Shown here piece after piece: positions 50,993 to 64,000 of a stretch of 64,000 nt of DNA; the first letter of the stretch is position 1, and every line of letters begins with the position of its first letter. The stretch is from contig NC_087437.1 in assembly GCF_036321535.1 (NCBI RefSeq), positions 94,924,001-94,988,000 on the forward strand, in the 5' to 3' direction. The stretch is from Camelus dromedarius (taxonomy: Eukaryota). The position numbers and the translations under genes are program-made. The notes under the pieces are model-generated. The model saw nothing but the letters and a program-made list of their open reading frames with translations. It did no database searches and had not been told where the DNA came from.

Positions 50993-53900
50993 GGTAGTAT
51001 TCAGGACCATGAATGACATATATATATATGAATATATTTATTCAGTCTGCCAACTCCTGCCCTAATATTATCTCCATCAAATCATATTTCACCATACGAA
51101 ATGCTCATAATCTTTGATGATAAAAATTATGTTTTTAAATGATGAAATATGTTCATCTTCTTCAAAAGTGATCATAATGTTGTGCTGTATACAAATCCAA
51201 AATTGTGAATTTTTTTTATGCTGGAAATCAAGGTAGAAACTCAATTATACATTTTCAAACATCTGTGCCTTTTCTCCTCCTGGTTTCCTGTTGAAAATGG
51301 CCTTTCCCTTTAAGTCTATTCCAATGTTACCTCATCTGAGACTTTACCTGACTTGCTCCGAAAGACCTTGTGTTGCCTTGTACAGGGCACTTAAGTACTT
51401 CTTGTTTCTAATACAGCTCATGTAATTGTTAATTTACCTATCTGTCTAATTCCCACTCCCTAGATTGCTGCGCCTCTTGGTCTTATTCATACTTTGTGCG
51501 CCCAACACAAAGAGCACAGTGTTTGGTACTGAGTGCTTCGTTTATTAAATTGACTCTGAAGCAAAAATTTTTAAAAATGCAAATATATCTTGAAAAGAAC
51601 AAATTTAAAAGGAGAAGAAGTATGTTTCCTAATATTTGTAGCTCAAGAATATTTTTAATGAAAATGTCAAGTAATCTTTTTCAAAGTACAGTTAAGAGGA
51701 AAGTTAGTGCTTGGAAGTGAAAAGCAAGAATTGTTAAGTGTGTTTTCTTTCTGTCATATAAACAGGAAAATTAGCTACATATTATAGGGAAATTTCTTCA
51801 TGATTTTCCTGTGATGCATAATCATCTATGTAGGGAAAATGTAATACATTGATTGCCCATGAGAAATTTCTCAGTGATTTTTAGGGAATTTTTATGGAGG
51901 CAGAAAATTGTGAGACAACCTCTTACTGTATCTTTGTCCATCTGTGATTGCCATTTCGGACAGTGACAATATGAAAAAAAAGTATGAAAATATAGAGAAA
52001 TAAATGTGAAAATGATTAGTTAATTCGAAAGTAAGCCAAAAAACTCCTCTATGTTCTTCTAAAAAGAAAGTTATTCTTTCAAATGTACTACATTTCTAGT
52101 TTACTATGTATTAACAACTATATGGAACACTGTGTAATCTGCTCTAAGGCCACATAAAATGTGTCATCTGTTTCTTATATATAGTCATGCTACATAGTTT
52201 AGAAATTTATTCCCACTGGGTGTAACCTTTGTCATCTAAATTCAGTAAATGCTTAACAGGCACAGGCCAGGACCATGTGTGTTTTGCTTTAAGGGTAAAT
52301 AATCTACACTTGGACAGACAGCCCCTGAGAATATTCCTCCCATATGTCAATATCATGGTTCTTTTTCAGCATGCCTAATATATCATGTCATCAGCGTGGT
52401 CACGGCAAGACAATGGCAATGAGAATTCAGTTTTGGAAGTTATTGCTCCTAAAATTTCTTAGAATTTGATACTATTGTCTATCTATTAAAATGCTATACA
52501 AGGATTACTGCCTCTAATAAAGCCACATTAGGAACTCCAATTCAACCAAAGGACAACAAAAAGTAAGGAATTTACGTATTGACATGTCCACTATTGTAGG
52601 AGCCTGTAAGATTGGAAAGTGAGCCGACATATGGGTCATTCCTCAGCCTATAAATCTCATCTGTGTTGTCACAAAAGAATATGAGAATGAACAGACATTC
52701 TTTTTTAGTTCTCAGTCATCAAACCATTTTTTTTTTCTAACTTTATTGTCTTTACTTCTCTTCAGTAACTCTTCTAAGTATACTGAGGGTAAGACAAGCG
52801 GGCTGTACTCTGGATAGTGTGCAAATTAATTTATCATGCTTTATTAAGAACTTCTATATGAAAACAGCCAAAAAAATTATTGTAACAGTCTCACATAGGT
52901 TAGAACTATCCTTTATTCCACAGACTGATAAGGATCAAGAAAAACTGAATACAGGTAGTTATCTTTTTTAAAACTCGTGGTTATATAGTGACATATATAA
53001 TAGAATGTAAAGATTTAGAAGGGTCTGAGGAAAAAAATGTCTAAGAATGAATTAGGAATAGATTTAAAGGTACACTCTTGTTTAATAGTGCTTTTTCTCT
53101 CAGGCTTTAGGCAATGCTTTCATTCATTGGCATCTTGATTTGTATTTAAGTAATACAAAGCTTAGTGGGTCAACACACTGGTCTTTTATCTCTAAGAAAT
53201 AGTTTTAAACAGACTTGACAAACAGTTGATTTAATTGTACAATACTAAAATCACAAGTGAAAATGAGTTCGCTTTCCATAAAAAAGCACCACATGCCACA
53301 CGATTATGTCAAAGGTCTTTGCTCAGCACTTTCTTGTTTTGTTTCATTTTTAATGAACAGATGAATTGTATTCCTTGAAACAAAGCCTACTTTCACCTCT
53401 CAATGAAAAATCCAGCCCTAGTCCCATTTTCCAAATCAGCAATTGTTTTTGAAACTTCAAATCCATGAACAATCCAGATTTTCTACTCAGATAATGCCTA
53501 TAACTTTATAAATGAAATGCTTCTCTCTAAAATTAAATAATTTAGAAATGACCTACTTGCAAATATGCTTCACTTTTTTAAACCTTCATGAAAAACTTTG
53601 TATATATGTTTATATTCTTTTAGGTAGATTCTGCAGATTTCTACATTATGTCATGTTTTTATTATTGATTGTGTCTATTTTCTTATTAAATTCTGTTACA
53701 TCCATATTTCAGCTCTTTAGAGTAAGATTATTAATTAAGATCAATTCCAAAAGGCTAATATTGGGAAATTTACCTTCATTTTTGGAACTACGGTGGAATA
53801 TTTCCATATCTAAGTTGTAGTTTGAAAAGAAATAAGGGACAAAATAATCTGAATCTCATGCCTTCTGCCACATTTGCAATTATTCTGCCTAAGTCCTTTA

Positions 53901-54032
53901 CATTCTACAATGTCAGACTCAAACCTCATCTTTCTCCCTGCAGAAGGTGTTTCTTTCCCCTTCTTACTCTTGCTGCTTTCCAGATTGTCTAGACTCAAAC
54001 ATATTTGTAATAAGATTGTCCAATTTTCTTTT

Positions 54033-54238
54033 TTTTATTGAAGCGTAGTTAACTTACAATGTTAGTTTCAGGTGTACAGCAAAGCGATTCAGTCATACAT
54101 ATATACATATATTTTCAGATTCTTTTCCATTATAGTTTATTACAAGAAATTGAATATTGTTCCCTGGGCCAGGCCGTAGGTCCTTGTTGTCTATCTTTTT
54201 TTATGTCTAGTAGTATGTATCTGTTAATCCCAAACTCC
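54033..54238 (-). mobile_element. Young 5'-truncated L1 3' end with TSD
   Basis: ttattgaagcgtagttaacttacaatgttagtttcaggtgtacagcaaagcgattcag...; direct repeat ttgtccaattttctttt at 54016-54032 and 54239-54255. Confidence 0.9.
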
Positions 54239-55789
54239 TTGTCCAATTTTCTTTTAAGGGAAGTCCATGTTCACCTTCCCCAAAGCCTTAAAATTGCCTA
54301 GACTGTGGTTGCTGATAAGAAGTTGTAGACAGGAGTGGGGGATGGTGCAGTGCCTTCAAAGGCAATCTCTCCTTTTACATGGAGAGTTCAAACCAAACCT
54401 GAGAATGGCAGTGGCAACAGAGGAACATGGTGGTAACAACCAACTCAGAGATCTACTGGGTTATGCTTTTGAAAAGGAGTCATGGATTCCAACCCACTGA
54501 TGAGCCTATACTACATAGCAAAGCAATTAATTCCATCTCTTCTGAATATGAATTTTTACTTCTCCAAAATAAATGTAAGATCTTTGAAACCAAAGACAAT
54601 ATTTCATATAGCCTCTGTTCTACTTACATACAACACCTAGTATGTTACTAAAAATGTGTAGAATATTAATAAATGTCTATATGAATATTTGATTTAAATA
54701 CCATCAGGTTTCCTTTTGATGATGGACTAAAATTGAAAATACACTTTTATTGGAACTAGGTAGTCAGTCATCAGGAGAAAAAGAAACTTTATATTGTTCT
54801 TAGTAAGAATTACCATTTTAATATACTGTTAACAATTTCTTTTTTTTAACAATTTCTATTTAATAAATATGTCATAGATTTAAATATTTTAGAAATATCT
54901 TTAAGAGTTCAAGTGTAAACTGATATCCATAAGGCATCTTGAAATTAGGTGACAGGAAAGTGAGAACATTTTTCCCTCTGTATCGCCTTATAAGACATTT
55001 CATTAATAGTTTTGTAACAGTTAACACAGGTTTTATTCATTGATTTCTATAAGTAATACTTGACCTATGGTGCAGATAAGATTCAATATGGTTTTGGTTT
55101 CAGACTGTGCGCACTCCTAAAAATATAAAGCACCAGATTCACATTTGTAAGAAAATTCCTTCTTGTCTAGTTTATCTGTTTCTTATCCCAAGGAGTGAAA
55201 TAAGCTACCCCAAAGTAAGATGATAATGAATCAAGGCAGAAAAGATAGAGTATTTTGAATGAATTCTCCCAATTGCCTAACATATATAAAGCACATGTAT
55301 CTAAAAAATATACAGATGTCTCTAAATTCATTTCAAGTGTGTTAAATTTCAGCTATACATCATACTCCAAAGTTAGGGAGTCTGTGGAAACTTTAGAAGG
55401 AAAATATTCAATCCTATGCATTTCTCCATAAGCCTGAAATGAAAGTTGTAATTCTTTTGTAAGAATACTAGGGTTCCATGCTGAGTTATTCTATTTGATC
55501 ACATATTTAGATAAATTATGAAGAGGTGCACAATTGAAATGCGTATTCATATGTGTTCTTCAAACTATATACACAATGGCTATCAGTCCTGCATATCAAT
55601 TTCTTACTTGTCATCTCTATTCTTTTATTTTGTGGTTTTCAATTTATAATTTCTGTATTCTTTTTTTTTCTTTAGAAATTAGAAAAAATGAACTAGAAAT
55701 CTTTTTTAGATTACTTACTCAACATAAGACTATATGTCTGCATAAAGCAGAATCAGGCACATGGTATACATTTAAAGGGAAGTGATGGC

Positions 55790-56300
55790 ATCATGATAAA
55801 AGTGTGAGAAAATGGGATCTTTCACATCGCTTCTTGGAGTGTAAATTAAAGTCAAATTGCAATGTTTACCCAAATTTAACATGAACATAGCTTGACCTAG
55901 AATTTCTGATTTCTGATTCAGATGCTTTCTCTATGCGTGCAAAGATATTTATGAATAAATGTCCACGATAGCATTTTTTGTATTAGTAAAAACTGTAAAC
56001 AAATCTAAAATGTACAGTTAAGATAAATAGTTAAAACTACTGGATTAAAAAAAACCTACTGGATAAAATGTGGTAAATATATAAATTATATCTAAAGTTT
56101 ATGCCTAAGTCTTTGCAGCCATAAAAAGATTGAGATACCTTTATCTACAGGCTATATCTAGAGGAAAATTCCAAGATACACTTAAAGAGGAAAGGAAAAA
56201 AAAAAAAAAGCATGATCCAGAACATGGTTTTTATATTCCACAATAGTATAAAAAATGAAACATATGCGTGTGCGTGTACATATGTATGAATCCATAGATT
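55790..56300 (+). mobile_element. Ancient L1 (L1ME-like) 3' fragment
   Basis: gtgtgagaaaatgggatctttcac...ttgacctagaatttc...gcagccataaaaagattgag. Confidence 0.6.
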
Positions 56301-57488
56301 GGGAAGCGATTATAGAATATCTTTCTCAACTCATTAAATGAATTGTCTTCCAGTTGCTCAGAAGAAGAACAAAATAAACAAATCAAAAACCAAAACCATA
56401 ACCAAAAAAATGAATTTATTCTTCACTCTGTGTGCATGTATGTGTCTTTCTCTGTCCTCCTCTCTCCCTTTCACATCCTATGTGTTGAAAAATAATGTGG
56501 CTTTTCCTTCAAAATACATGCATAATCCAACCACTTACTACTTCTGGTGCTCGCTAATCTAAGCCATCATTACGTCTCTCTTTGATTACTGGAATAAGCT
56601 CTCAACTCTTCTCCCTGCTGTTAATAAAATGTTTTTCCTGTTAAAGATGTTTGTTGGGTCCTGGCACCATGGTTATGGGCAAAATTAAAATCTGGAATTG
56701 TATCAGGTTCAAAATAAGAATATTTGATTATTTTTAAGACTTGAGCCACTCTCTAAGAGACAGTATTTATCATGGACCTTGTGTTCAGTTAATTTTTCAC
56801 ACTTAGATGCACTAAGAATAATTTCAGACAGATTTCACAAAATTCCAGGCCAGAAATCACAATGTAATGAGTACTAAATTGAGTAGTTAGACATTGAATA
56901 AACAAGAGGAAAGGATCACCCTAAAGATTACTTGAGTGAATTTTGCATCTCAAGGAACGCTTTGTCAAACCAGTTCATTGTTTCTTCATATTGGAATCCC
57001 TCCTCTGCCCCTTCCTCAAAATCAGATTCATGGGTTAACAAATTCTGAGGTAAAAATTTATTTAAAGAACATTACTATGTAAAACTAAGGATTTTTCATA
57101 AAGTTGATAAAAAATAAAAGCTGATTGTGCTTGAGCACTTCAAGTAATGCTCCTGGCGATATCATTATCTTTTGATTTTCTTGGGAAGATGTAGCTTGAT
57201 GATCTAAATTCATACACTTCTAATTTGAACTGCCATGTGCGATGAACAAGATGAGACCTGGAGGTTCTTTTCTGTTTGCATATCAAAGAATGTCCATGGA
57301 GTACTGATGATTTGCAGGATAATTAATCTTTCTGACTTATACTCCCATCACTCTTCTGAAACTGCTCTTGTTAATGCACCATTGACCTTCTCACTGACAA
57401 ACTCATTAGACATTCTTCTATCTTTTTTACCTTATTTGAACTTCATTCTGCATATTAATTTTTTCTCCATCCTTCTTAAAGTAATTTA

Positions 57489-57810
57489 TATCAGTCAGAA
57501 AGTGTTGGGTTATGATGCAGTAATAAACAACCCCAAGTCTCTGTAGCCTGCAACAGGGTTGTTTAGTCTTCAGTTACATAAGCTGGTTCTTCTCTACATC
57601 ATCACACTTCAGGACCCAGGCTGGTGGAGCAGCCTCTCTGCATTGCGTTACCAGTCACCATGGCAGAAGAAAAAGAATTTGGTGACATACGTCTTGCCTT
57701 TAAAGCTGCTACCCAGAAGTGACCCATCTCACTTCCATTTACATTTGTTCACCAAAACAAATCAGATGGTCAAGCCAAAGTTCAGTGGGGCAGGGGAGTG
57801 TATTTCCTTT
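57489..57810 (-). mobile_element. MaLR LTR (MLT1-type)
   Basis: tatcagtcagaaagtgttgggttatgatgcagtaataaacaaccccaa...caggacccaggctggtggagcagcc...ccagaagtgac. Confidence 0.75.
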
Positions 57811-57884
57811 AAGAATCTTCTAGCTCTCCTCATGCCTCTCGGAACCTTCCTTCTCTGCCTTCTTGTTCTCTGTCCACTCGAGTC

Positions 57885-57950
57885 CAGGGGGTCTCAAGCC
57901 TTCATTGTGCATAGGATTCTTCTGGGGAGCTTGTTGAAAATGTAGATTGC
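57885..57950. mobile_element. MER5-like fragment
   Basis: tctcaagccttcattgtgcataggattcttctggggagcttgttgaaaatgtagatt. Confidence 0.6.
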
Positions 57951-58046
57951 ATTAACTCTCTCAATTTCTATAGTCGGTATTTCATTTGGTGGCACTGTCA
58001 TAAAGACAACTACCCGAAATAGAACAAGGTATATTATCCTTGAGAG

Positions 58047-58893
58047 CAGTTTACTAAGGGCACAATAGTAAGACTACCTGCCCTGTGGGCAGAAAATAAG
58101 GGGATACATTGTCTAGAAAATTTTGAAACAATGATAAAGCTACTAGTAAATTATTATTTGTTTTTATTTTCATGTGTTGTCAATTCTAATATTTTTCCTC
58201 TAAGAATGTTTTTGTTGGTGTAAGGTAAATAATTGTGCTTACCATCAAGTTTTAATAAAACATTCAAATAAAGCATATATGTATTACCTATATTTGAATG
58301 AATAGCATGTTTTATATGAAAATTAATTCAGAGAACTTCCAAGTCATACAGCCCATCATTGGCACATGTGGACTCAGAGTCACACGAGTTCATTTCCAGA
58401 GAAAATTCTCAAGGTTCAGAATCATTCAGGCTCACTTTGCATGAAGATTAAGTCTCTGTACCCTGTGGTATCACATAATCTTGCATTAAAACATAGGTTT
58501 AGAATAACCGTTGGGATTATATTGACTTTAAAGGCAATGAAACAGAGCTTGAATTACTTCTATTCTCAATCTATGAGACCCTTTGGAATTTGGGGGTGTG
58601 TGTGTGTGTGTATGTATGTGTCTAAATTTTAAAACAGCAAGAGATTAAAGTGCAATATATTTGATCATTTTAGTTTATGTATGAAATATTTCACTGAATT
58701 TGATTAGCTTCTTAATTTTGAAATTAGTTCTTTTTAATCATTAAATGTTGTTTGACAGCTAAAGAATGAATCAAAAAATAATAGTGACTACTGATTATTA
58801 TGGTTACGGCAAAATAGTTTTGTCATATTGTGGAGTAGGGTATTAAAAATGATTCACTTTGGGTTTCAGTTGTGCTAAAAAGGCAGATTATTG
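58047..58893 (+). mobile_element. MER97-like hAT-Tip100 DNA transposon relic
   Basis: gcagaaaataagggatacattgtctagaaaattttgaaacaatgataaa resembles the recalled MER97 5' end; the 3' end has aaaaatgattcactttgggt. Confidence 0.6.
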
Positions 58894-59184
58894 ATTTCTG
58901 CTTCTCCATTACTAACTTCCACATCCAAATTTAGTTTTTTTAATTTTCATAATTGTCTCAACTTCACTATCCCTAGCATATACCAAGTACTCCTTAATTG
59001 TGGGATACCAGTAATATTAAGGGCTTTTAAAACAGAAGGAATTCAAGATAGGAAGGTCAAAATGGGATTGGATCAAATTCATGATATAAGATATTTGCAA
59101 AATGCTATAGTATTTCAGAAATAAAATTTCATTTATTCAAATAGTAAAAGAAACAATACCAAAATTCCTTAAATAACACCTGTA

Positions 59185-60750
59185 TCTTGCAGTTTCCAAT
59201 TTCATGTCTCTACTCCAGACATCTCCAGTCCAGTATATCCCACTGCATAGTCAACATCTCCACTTGGATGTCTAAAGGACTTCTCAAAATTAAATTTCCA
59301 GTTTAAAAAAAAAAAAAAACAAACAAAAAATACCTTTGAATTTCCAATCCCCAACAACCCTGCTCTCCTAAGTGTTCCCCTATCTCAGAAAATGGTAACC
59401 CATTCCTTCTGGTGCTCAGGACAAAATCTTTGAAATTATCTTTGACTCCAATCTCATCCTTACTCTCAACATCCAATCTAAAAACACTTTTTTTCAAATT
59501 TGTGTATTAAAAATTTCAATACTTTTTCCATCTCTGCCACATTAATCCAAGTCATCGTCGTCTCTCACATAAGTCATTGCAGTTACCTTTCAGTTGTTTT
59601 CCCTTTACCCGGATTTGCCTCCCTGCAGTTTATTCGCAGCCCAGCAAACAAGTTAACTTCTTTCATGTTAAGTCAGGTTAGGTCACTTCTTTGCCCAAAG
59701 CTCTGCCATGGCTTCTCAGCTTACTCACCCTATGGGACTGGCAGGATGTTTATCTGACCTCTTCTAATATTATTCTTTCCCTCATTCACTCAGGTTGAGT
59801 CACATGAAATTCCTAGTGTCCTTCAAACACTCCAGAAATGCTCCCCACTGAGAACCTCAGCACTTCAAGTCCCTTTGCCCAGAATGCTCTTCTCACAAAC
59901 TCACATGGTTTGTTCCCTTAGGTTTGTCAGGTGTTGGCTGAAATGTGACCCACTAAGTGTGATCTAATTAAACTACTTCCCAAATTTACTTTTTTCATAT
60001 TCCTTATCACTGTATAACACTGTACATATATTTTTTATTTTTTAATTTTTGTCTCCCATACCAGAATTTGAGATTCATAAAAGTAGAAATCATTGTCTGT
60101 TTTGCTTACTTGCCTACTTCCCAAACCTTGTTTATTTTCTAAATAATTTACAATTTTTTTATTGATACATCCTTTTTTAAATTTTATTTTTATTGAATTA
60201 TAGTTGATTTACAATGTCAGCTCCAGGATACGGCAAAGCAATTCAGTTATACATATACATACATGGATATATACATATATTTTCAGATTTTTCCATTATA
60301 GTTTATTACAAGAAGTAGAATATAGTTCTCTGTGCTATACAGTAGGTCCTCACTGCTTATCTATTTTATGTATAGTAGTGTGTATGTGTTAATCCCGGAC
60401 TACTAATTTATCCCTTCCCCTTTTCCCGTTAGGTAACCATAGTTTGTTTTCTATGTTCATGAATCTGTTTCTGGTTTATGAATAAAATTTGTACTTTTTT
60501 GTAGATTCCACATATAAGTGATAACAAATAATTTGTCTTTTTCTATCTGACTTTCTTCACTTAATATTATAATCTCTAGGTCCATCCATGTTGCTGCAAA
60601 TGACATAATTTCATTCTTTTTTAATGGCTGAGTAATATTCCATTGTGGATATATATCACATCTTCTTTATCCATTCATCTGTCGATGGACACAGACCTAG
60701 ACTATTGTCTGGTACATAGTGAGCATTCACTAAACATACATTTAGTGATT
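59185..60750 (+). mobile_element. L2 LINE 3' region, interrupted by a younger L1
   Basis: caacatctccacttggatgtctaaaggacttctcaaa...ccattccttctggtgctcaggacaaaatc...; L2 tail resumes at ~60695 (cctagactattgtctggtacatagtgagcattc). Confidence 0.8.
60170..60692 (-). mobile_element. L1 3' end (cetartiodactyl type) inserted in the L2
   Basis: ttattgaattatagttgatttacaatg...tctctaggtccatccatgttgctgcaaatg...tccattcatctgtcgatggacac. Confidence 0.9.
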
Positions 60751-61044
60751 ATATGTATGTAAAGATATGACAGCATTATTTTATCTAGAATATAATGTGG
60801 CAAGTCTACAGATAATTTCTTAAAAAGAGTAAAGATGCTTCTGATCTTTCAGAAATCTAAATCAGCATAAAAATATAGTTATTAAAACTATGTGTTATTC
60901 CTCTTGTAACAAAGAGAAAGATGAAACATAGACGGACCAGAAATAAAATGAATTACAAATTAGCATTTTATATATGTTAAACTTAGGTTATGAATCATGA
61001 GGAAAGGTGTTTCTGTTAAATGAATGGCGTTATCTACAGTATTA

Positions 61045-61280
61045 ATAACTGGAACCATCATTTATTGAGTGGTTACAATGGGTCCATCACTGTGCTTCAT
61101 TCAGCCATCTCAACAACCATGTGAACTAGGTAATATAATCACCAGCCCCATTTTACAGTTAAGAGAATAAAGATACAAAGAGTTTAGTCTCAAAATTACA
61201 GGCATAATGAGTGGAAGAAATAAGATTTGAATGAAGGCAAGTCAGAATCCAAAGCCTATACTTTTAACTTCTAACCTATC
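61045..61280 (-). mobile_element. MIR SINE
   Basis: catttattgagtggttac...ctcaacaaccatgtga...cccattttacagttaagaga. Confidence 0.7.
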
Positions 61281-61389
61281 CTGTTATTTGGGGAATAAAA
61301 ATTATACTGGAATAACTTCCTCATTTCTTATGTATCCCCCCTACAAAGTTAATATCCAAGACAATGAAATTAGTGGAATAATAGTTAAT

Positions 61390-62280
61390 GTCTTTTAAAA
61401 AATATTTCGGTTATAAAAATCTTTCTAATTATGATATGTTAGCCAAAAACAATAAGGAGAAAGATTAACTGGATTGAATTACCAAAAAATAAAATAAATT
61501 CATTAAAAAAACTGCAAGGTATCTAGCAAACTTTTATTTCTCCTAATATGCAAAGGACACTTATAAATTGGTTAATAAAAGAATATATAATGCCAACAGA
61601 AAAATAGAAGATTTGCAAGAAAATTCATAAAAGAAGAAATAACATTGTCTAAAAACCATATACTAATGCACTCATCTTTCTTTACAATCAAGAAATATGA
61701 ATAAAAATAATCAATACATTTATCTTCTGGATTGACAAATTCTATGATGACTTAAAGCATGAATCTTGTTGAGAATGTGACTGTTACTGAGAGTATGAAT
61801 TAGAGACTTTTTAAAGAGAATAGACTAATAATAATTATCAATTTTTTAAGTGTATGCTTCCTTTGATTCAGCAAATTTCATTTCTAGAGTTTAATCTCAA
61901 CAAGATTATAACTCAGTGCAAAAAACTTGTACAATACTGTTCTTTGGAATACTGTTTATAATAGTTACAAAATGGTTTAGACAAACTCAATTTCCATGAG
62001 TAAGAACCCAATTAAATAAATAATAATATATCTGTGAAATAGATTAGTCAGCTATTGGAAAGGATGATATACATTTTTATTCATTAACATGGAAAGTGTC
62101 ATTTATTTAGAGAGATAATAAAAGTAAGATAATGTTATCTAATGTCATCTACTGTTAACAGTGGTGACCACTGGGATTGGAAATGTTCAGTGACAACTTT
62201 GTTTTATAATTTTTTCTATTGATTGAATTTTCTATATGGATAAGCACTGAGTGTATAATTTAAGTAACATTTCGTGGGAA
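61390..62280 (+). mobile_element. Ancient L1 (L1ME-like) fragment
   Basis: A-rich diverged sequence, e.g. cctttgattcagcaaatttcatttctagagtttaatct and actgttaacagtggtgacc. Confidence 0.55.
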
Positions 62281-64000
62281 AATTTAAAAACTGAATTTAG
62301 ATGAGGTTTAGAGTCTTCACTGGGATATATGTCCTCTTTTGCTAACTGGTAATTAATATAGTTTTTGTTTTATAAAAGTAACTAAGTATATTAAAAAATA
62401 AAATCAACTTCCCTAAAAGTGAATTTTATTTTGGAAAATATATTAGTCATACTATAGTTTATATCCAATTATATATTAAATTATTTCTTTCTGATTTTTC
62501 CCAGATGATCTTGCCAAATTGACTTCTCATTTTTGTTCTAAGTTTATTGAGTGAGTAAAATATATCATTACAAATACATAAACATTAATCTAAGGTAAGC
62601 AAAATATGAGTTTTCCATCATAAGCATTCCTCAAAATAAGAAGCCTGCAATATGATTAGTTTTCATTAACAACTGGTTATAATTAATAATAAACCAAATA
62701 ATTTTTCTCTACAAAAGAATGAAGATAAAATTTACAACCATTAAATATCACTAACCTTTCTCAGAATACTGAGTGTTTTGCTGATGGCCAAAGAAAGACC
62801 CTTTTGTTAAGTAAATCAAGTTCATTGGAATTAAAGGCATGTATCTTACCTTTCCTGTGACCCTCTTTATAATGTGCTCACTGTGTTTATTTAAAAAGTA
62901 ATTAAATCTAGCAATCCAGAATACACAATTTAAACTTCTATTATTTTTACGTTTGTAAGAATTTGTGTATTTTCAAAAATATGAACTCAAAGAACTACAA
63001 TTTAACTTCTACATGGCTTATTAGGTAAAATGAGCTTGCTTTAAGTCATTCTACATTCTGATATTTTCTCTGACCAAAGTTGTAGTCCAATATGGCCCTA
63101 AGACAGTAGCCTGAGTTCTGAATAATTTTTATGAGAAAAATTAATCCCATTCAATTTAACGAGATAGTGGATGTTTATAATGAATAATTTGAAATCAATT
63201 TAAAAGTCATTCTGTTACACATGGATCACATAGGAGAATTATAGTGACAGAGTGTTTTCCCATATCCAATAACCAGCAGAATTAAAGTCTTGCCCCATGA
63301 GAAAAAGACGAAATTTAGTGTGAAATTGAACACAACAGTCATGAACACTAGTTGAGTTTAGTATTGTGATGCTATTGTTCACCATGACAGAAGGCGACAG
63401 AAAGAACCTTTTTCCTTTCCAAAATCGTTGAACTCCCACCAACAATCACAGTAAATACGTTTTAAACATATGTAAATGGGGATACCCTTGGTACCAGGAA
63501 ATCACAAAAATGTCCACTTAATTAACAAGTCTTTAGAAAGACGAGTTTCAGCAGTATTTCAACCCTTGATAAACACAGTTATCTATACTGTCTGGGCTGG
63601 ATTAAAATGAGTTGGGTTACTCAAACTCTCTTTATTACACTTTTTTTTTCTCTAACAAAAAACAGGATTTTCTATAAAAATTTCCCTTTATATATCCCTA
63701 TTTTTGTCATTAGTCATTCAAATTTGAAAAATCATACTTTAGCATCCATTTCTGCTTAATCATTAGCGAAGTGAAACAAGGAAAGAAAAGAAAGGTAGGA
63801 GGGAAGAACTAGAGGGAGGGAAAGAGGAAGGAATATGCTCAAGTAATTCATGTCACTTAACTTGAGTAAAAGAAGAATTGGTTTGAGTCACTCTATTTTA
63901 GTAACACATCATTAACATTTTAAAAACCTGCCTCTGTATAATGAAATTTTTTAACAATTTTAAAGTACCTATTTATATTATATCAATGCATTTTAGGTGT

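Larger units (their letters stand above)
26160..64000 (+). other. ROBO1: ROBO1 intron downstream of the 84-nt exon (partial; Ig1 exon and ROBO1b promoter not in the window)
   Basis: Begins with GT at 26160. I saw no SRLRQEDFPPRIVEHP-coding exon and no CpG island in the remaining 38 kb. Confidence 0.8.

Noticed and set aside
1..64000. Remaining 60-130 aa ORFs, or a novel multi-gene system
   Set aside because: Low-complexity F/L/I/K-rich translations typical of AT-rich non-coding DNA or repeats, many with non-ATG starts; no coherent exon chain or gene cluster.

Overview
This is AT-rich, CpG-poor, repeat-rich mammalian genomic DNA, not prokaryotic. A tRNA-derived SINE of the camelid (Vic-1-like) type and young L1 3' ends point to a camelid (alpaca, llama or camel); this comes from recalled repeat consensus sequences, not a database search. 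The only host coding sequence I can support is one 84-nt, phase 1-1 exon at 26076-26159 (+). It encodes (D)[27 protein letters not shown](G), which matches the N-terminal segment of the long ROBO1 isoform (ROBO1a) between the signal peptide and Ig1. The rest is therefore very large ROBO1 intron sequence on both sides. It contains L1, L2, MIR, MaLR/MLT, MER21, MER5A, MER33 and MER97 relics, a ~4.7-kb decayed ERVL provirus with a recognisable RT, a CpG-rich solo LTR and microsatellites. Nearly all ORFs in the supplied track are chance or repeat-derived. I found no evidence of a new multi-gene system. The best leads are: (1) a promoter-like, CpG-retaining stretch directly upstream of the ROBO1 exon, with an open in-frame N-terminal extension containing a hydrophobic segment (a possible alternative first exon); (2) a short telomere-like TTAGGG/TCAGGG array inserted cleanly into an old L1; (3) an antisense solo LTR with intact TATA and polyA signals 2.8 kb upstream of the exon. 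Repeat boundaries are approximate unless target-site duplications (TSDs) are quoted.
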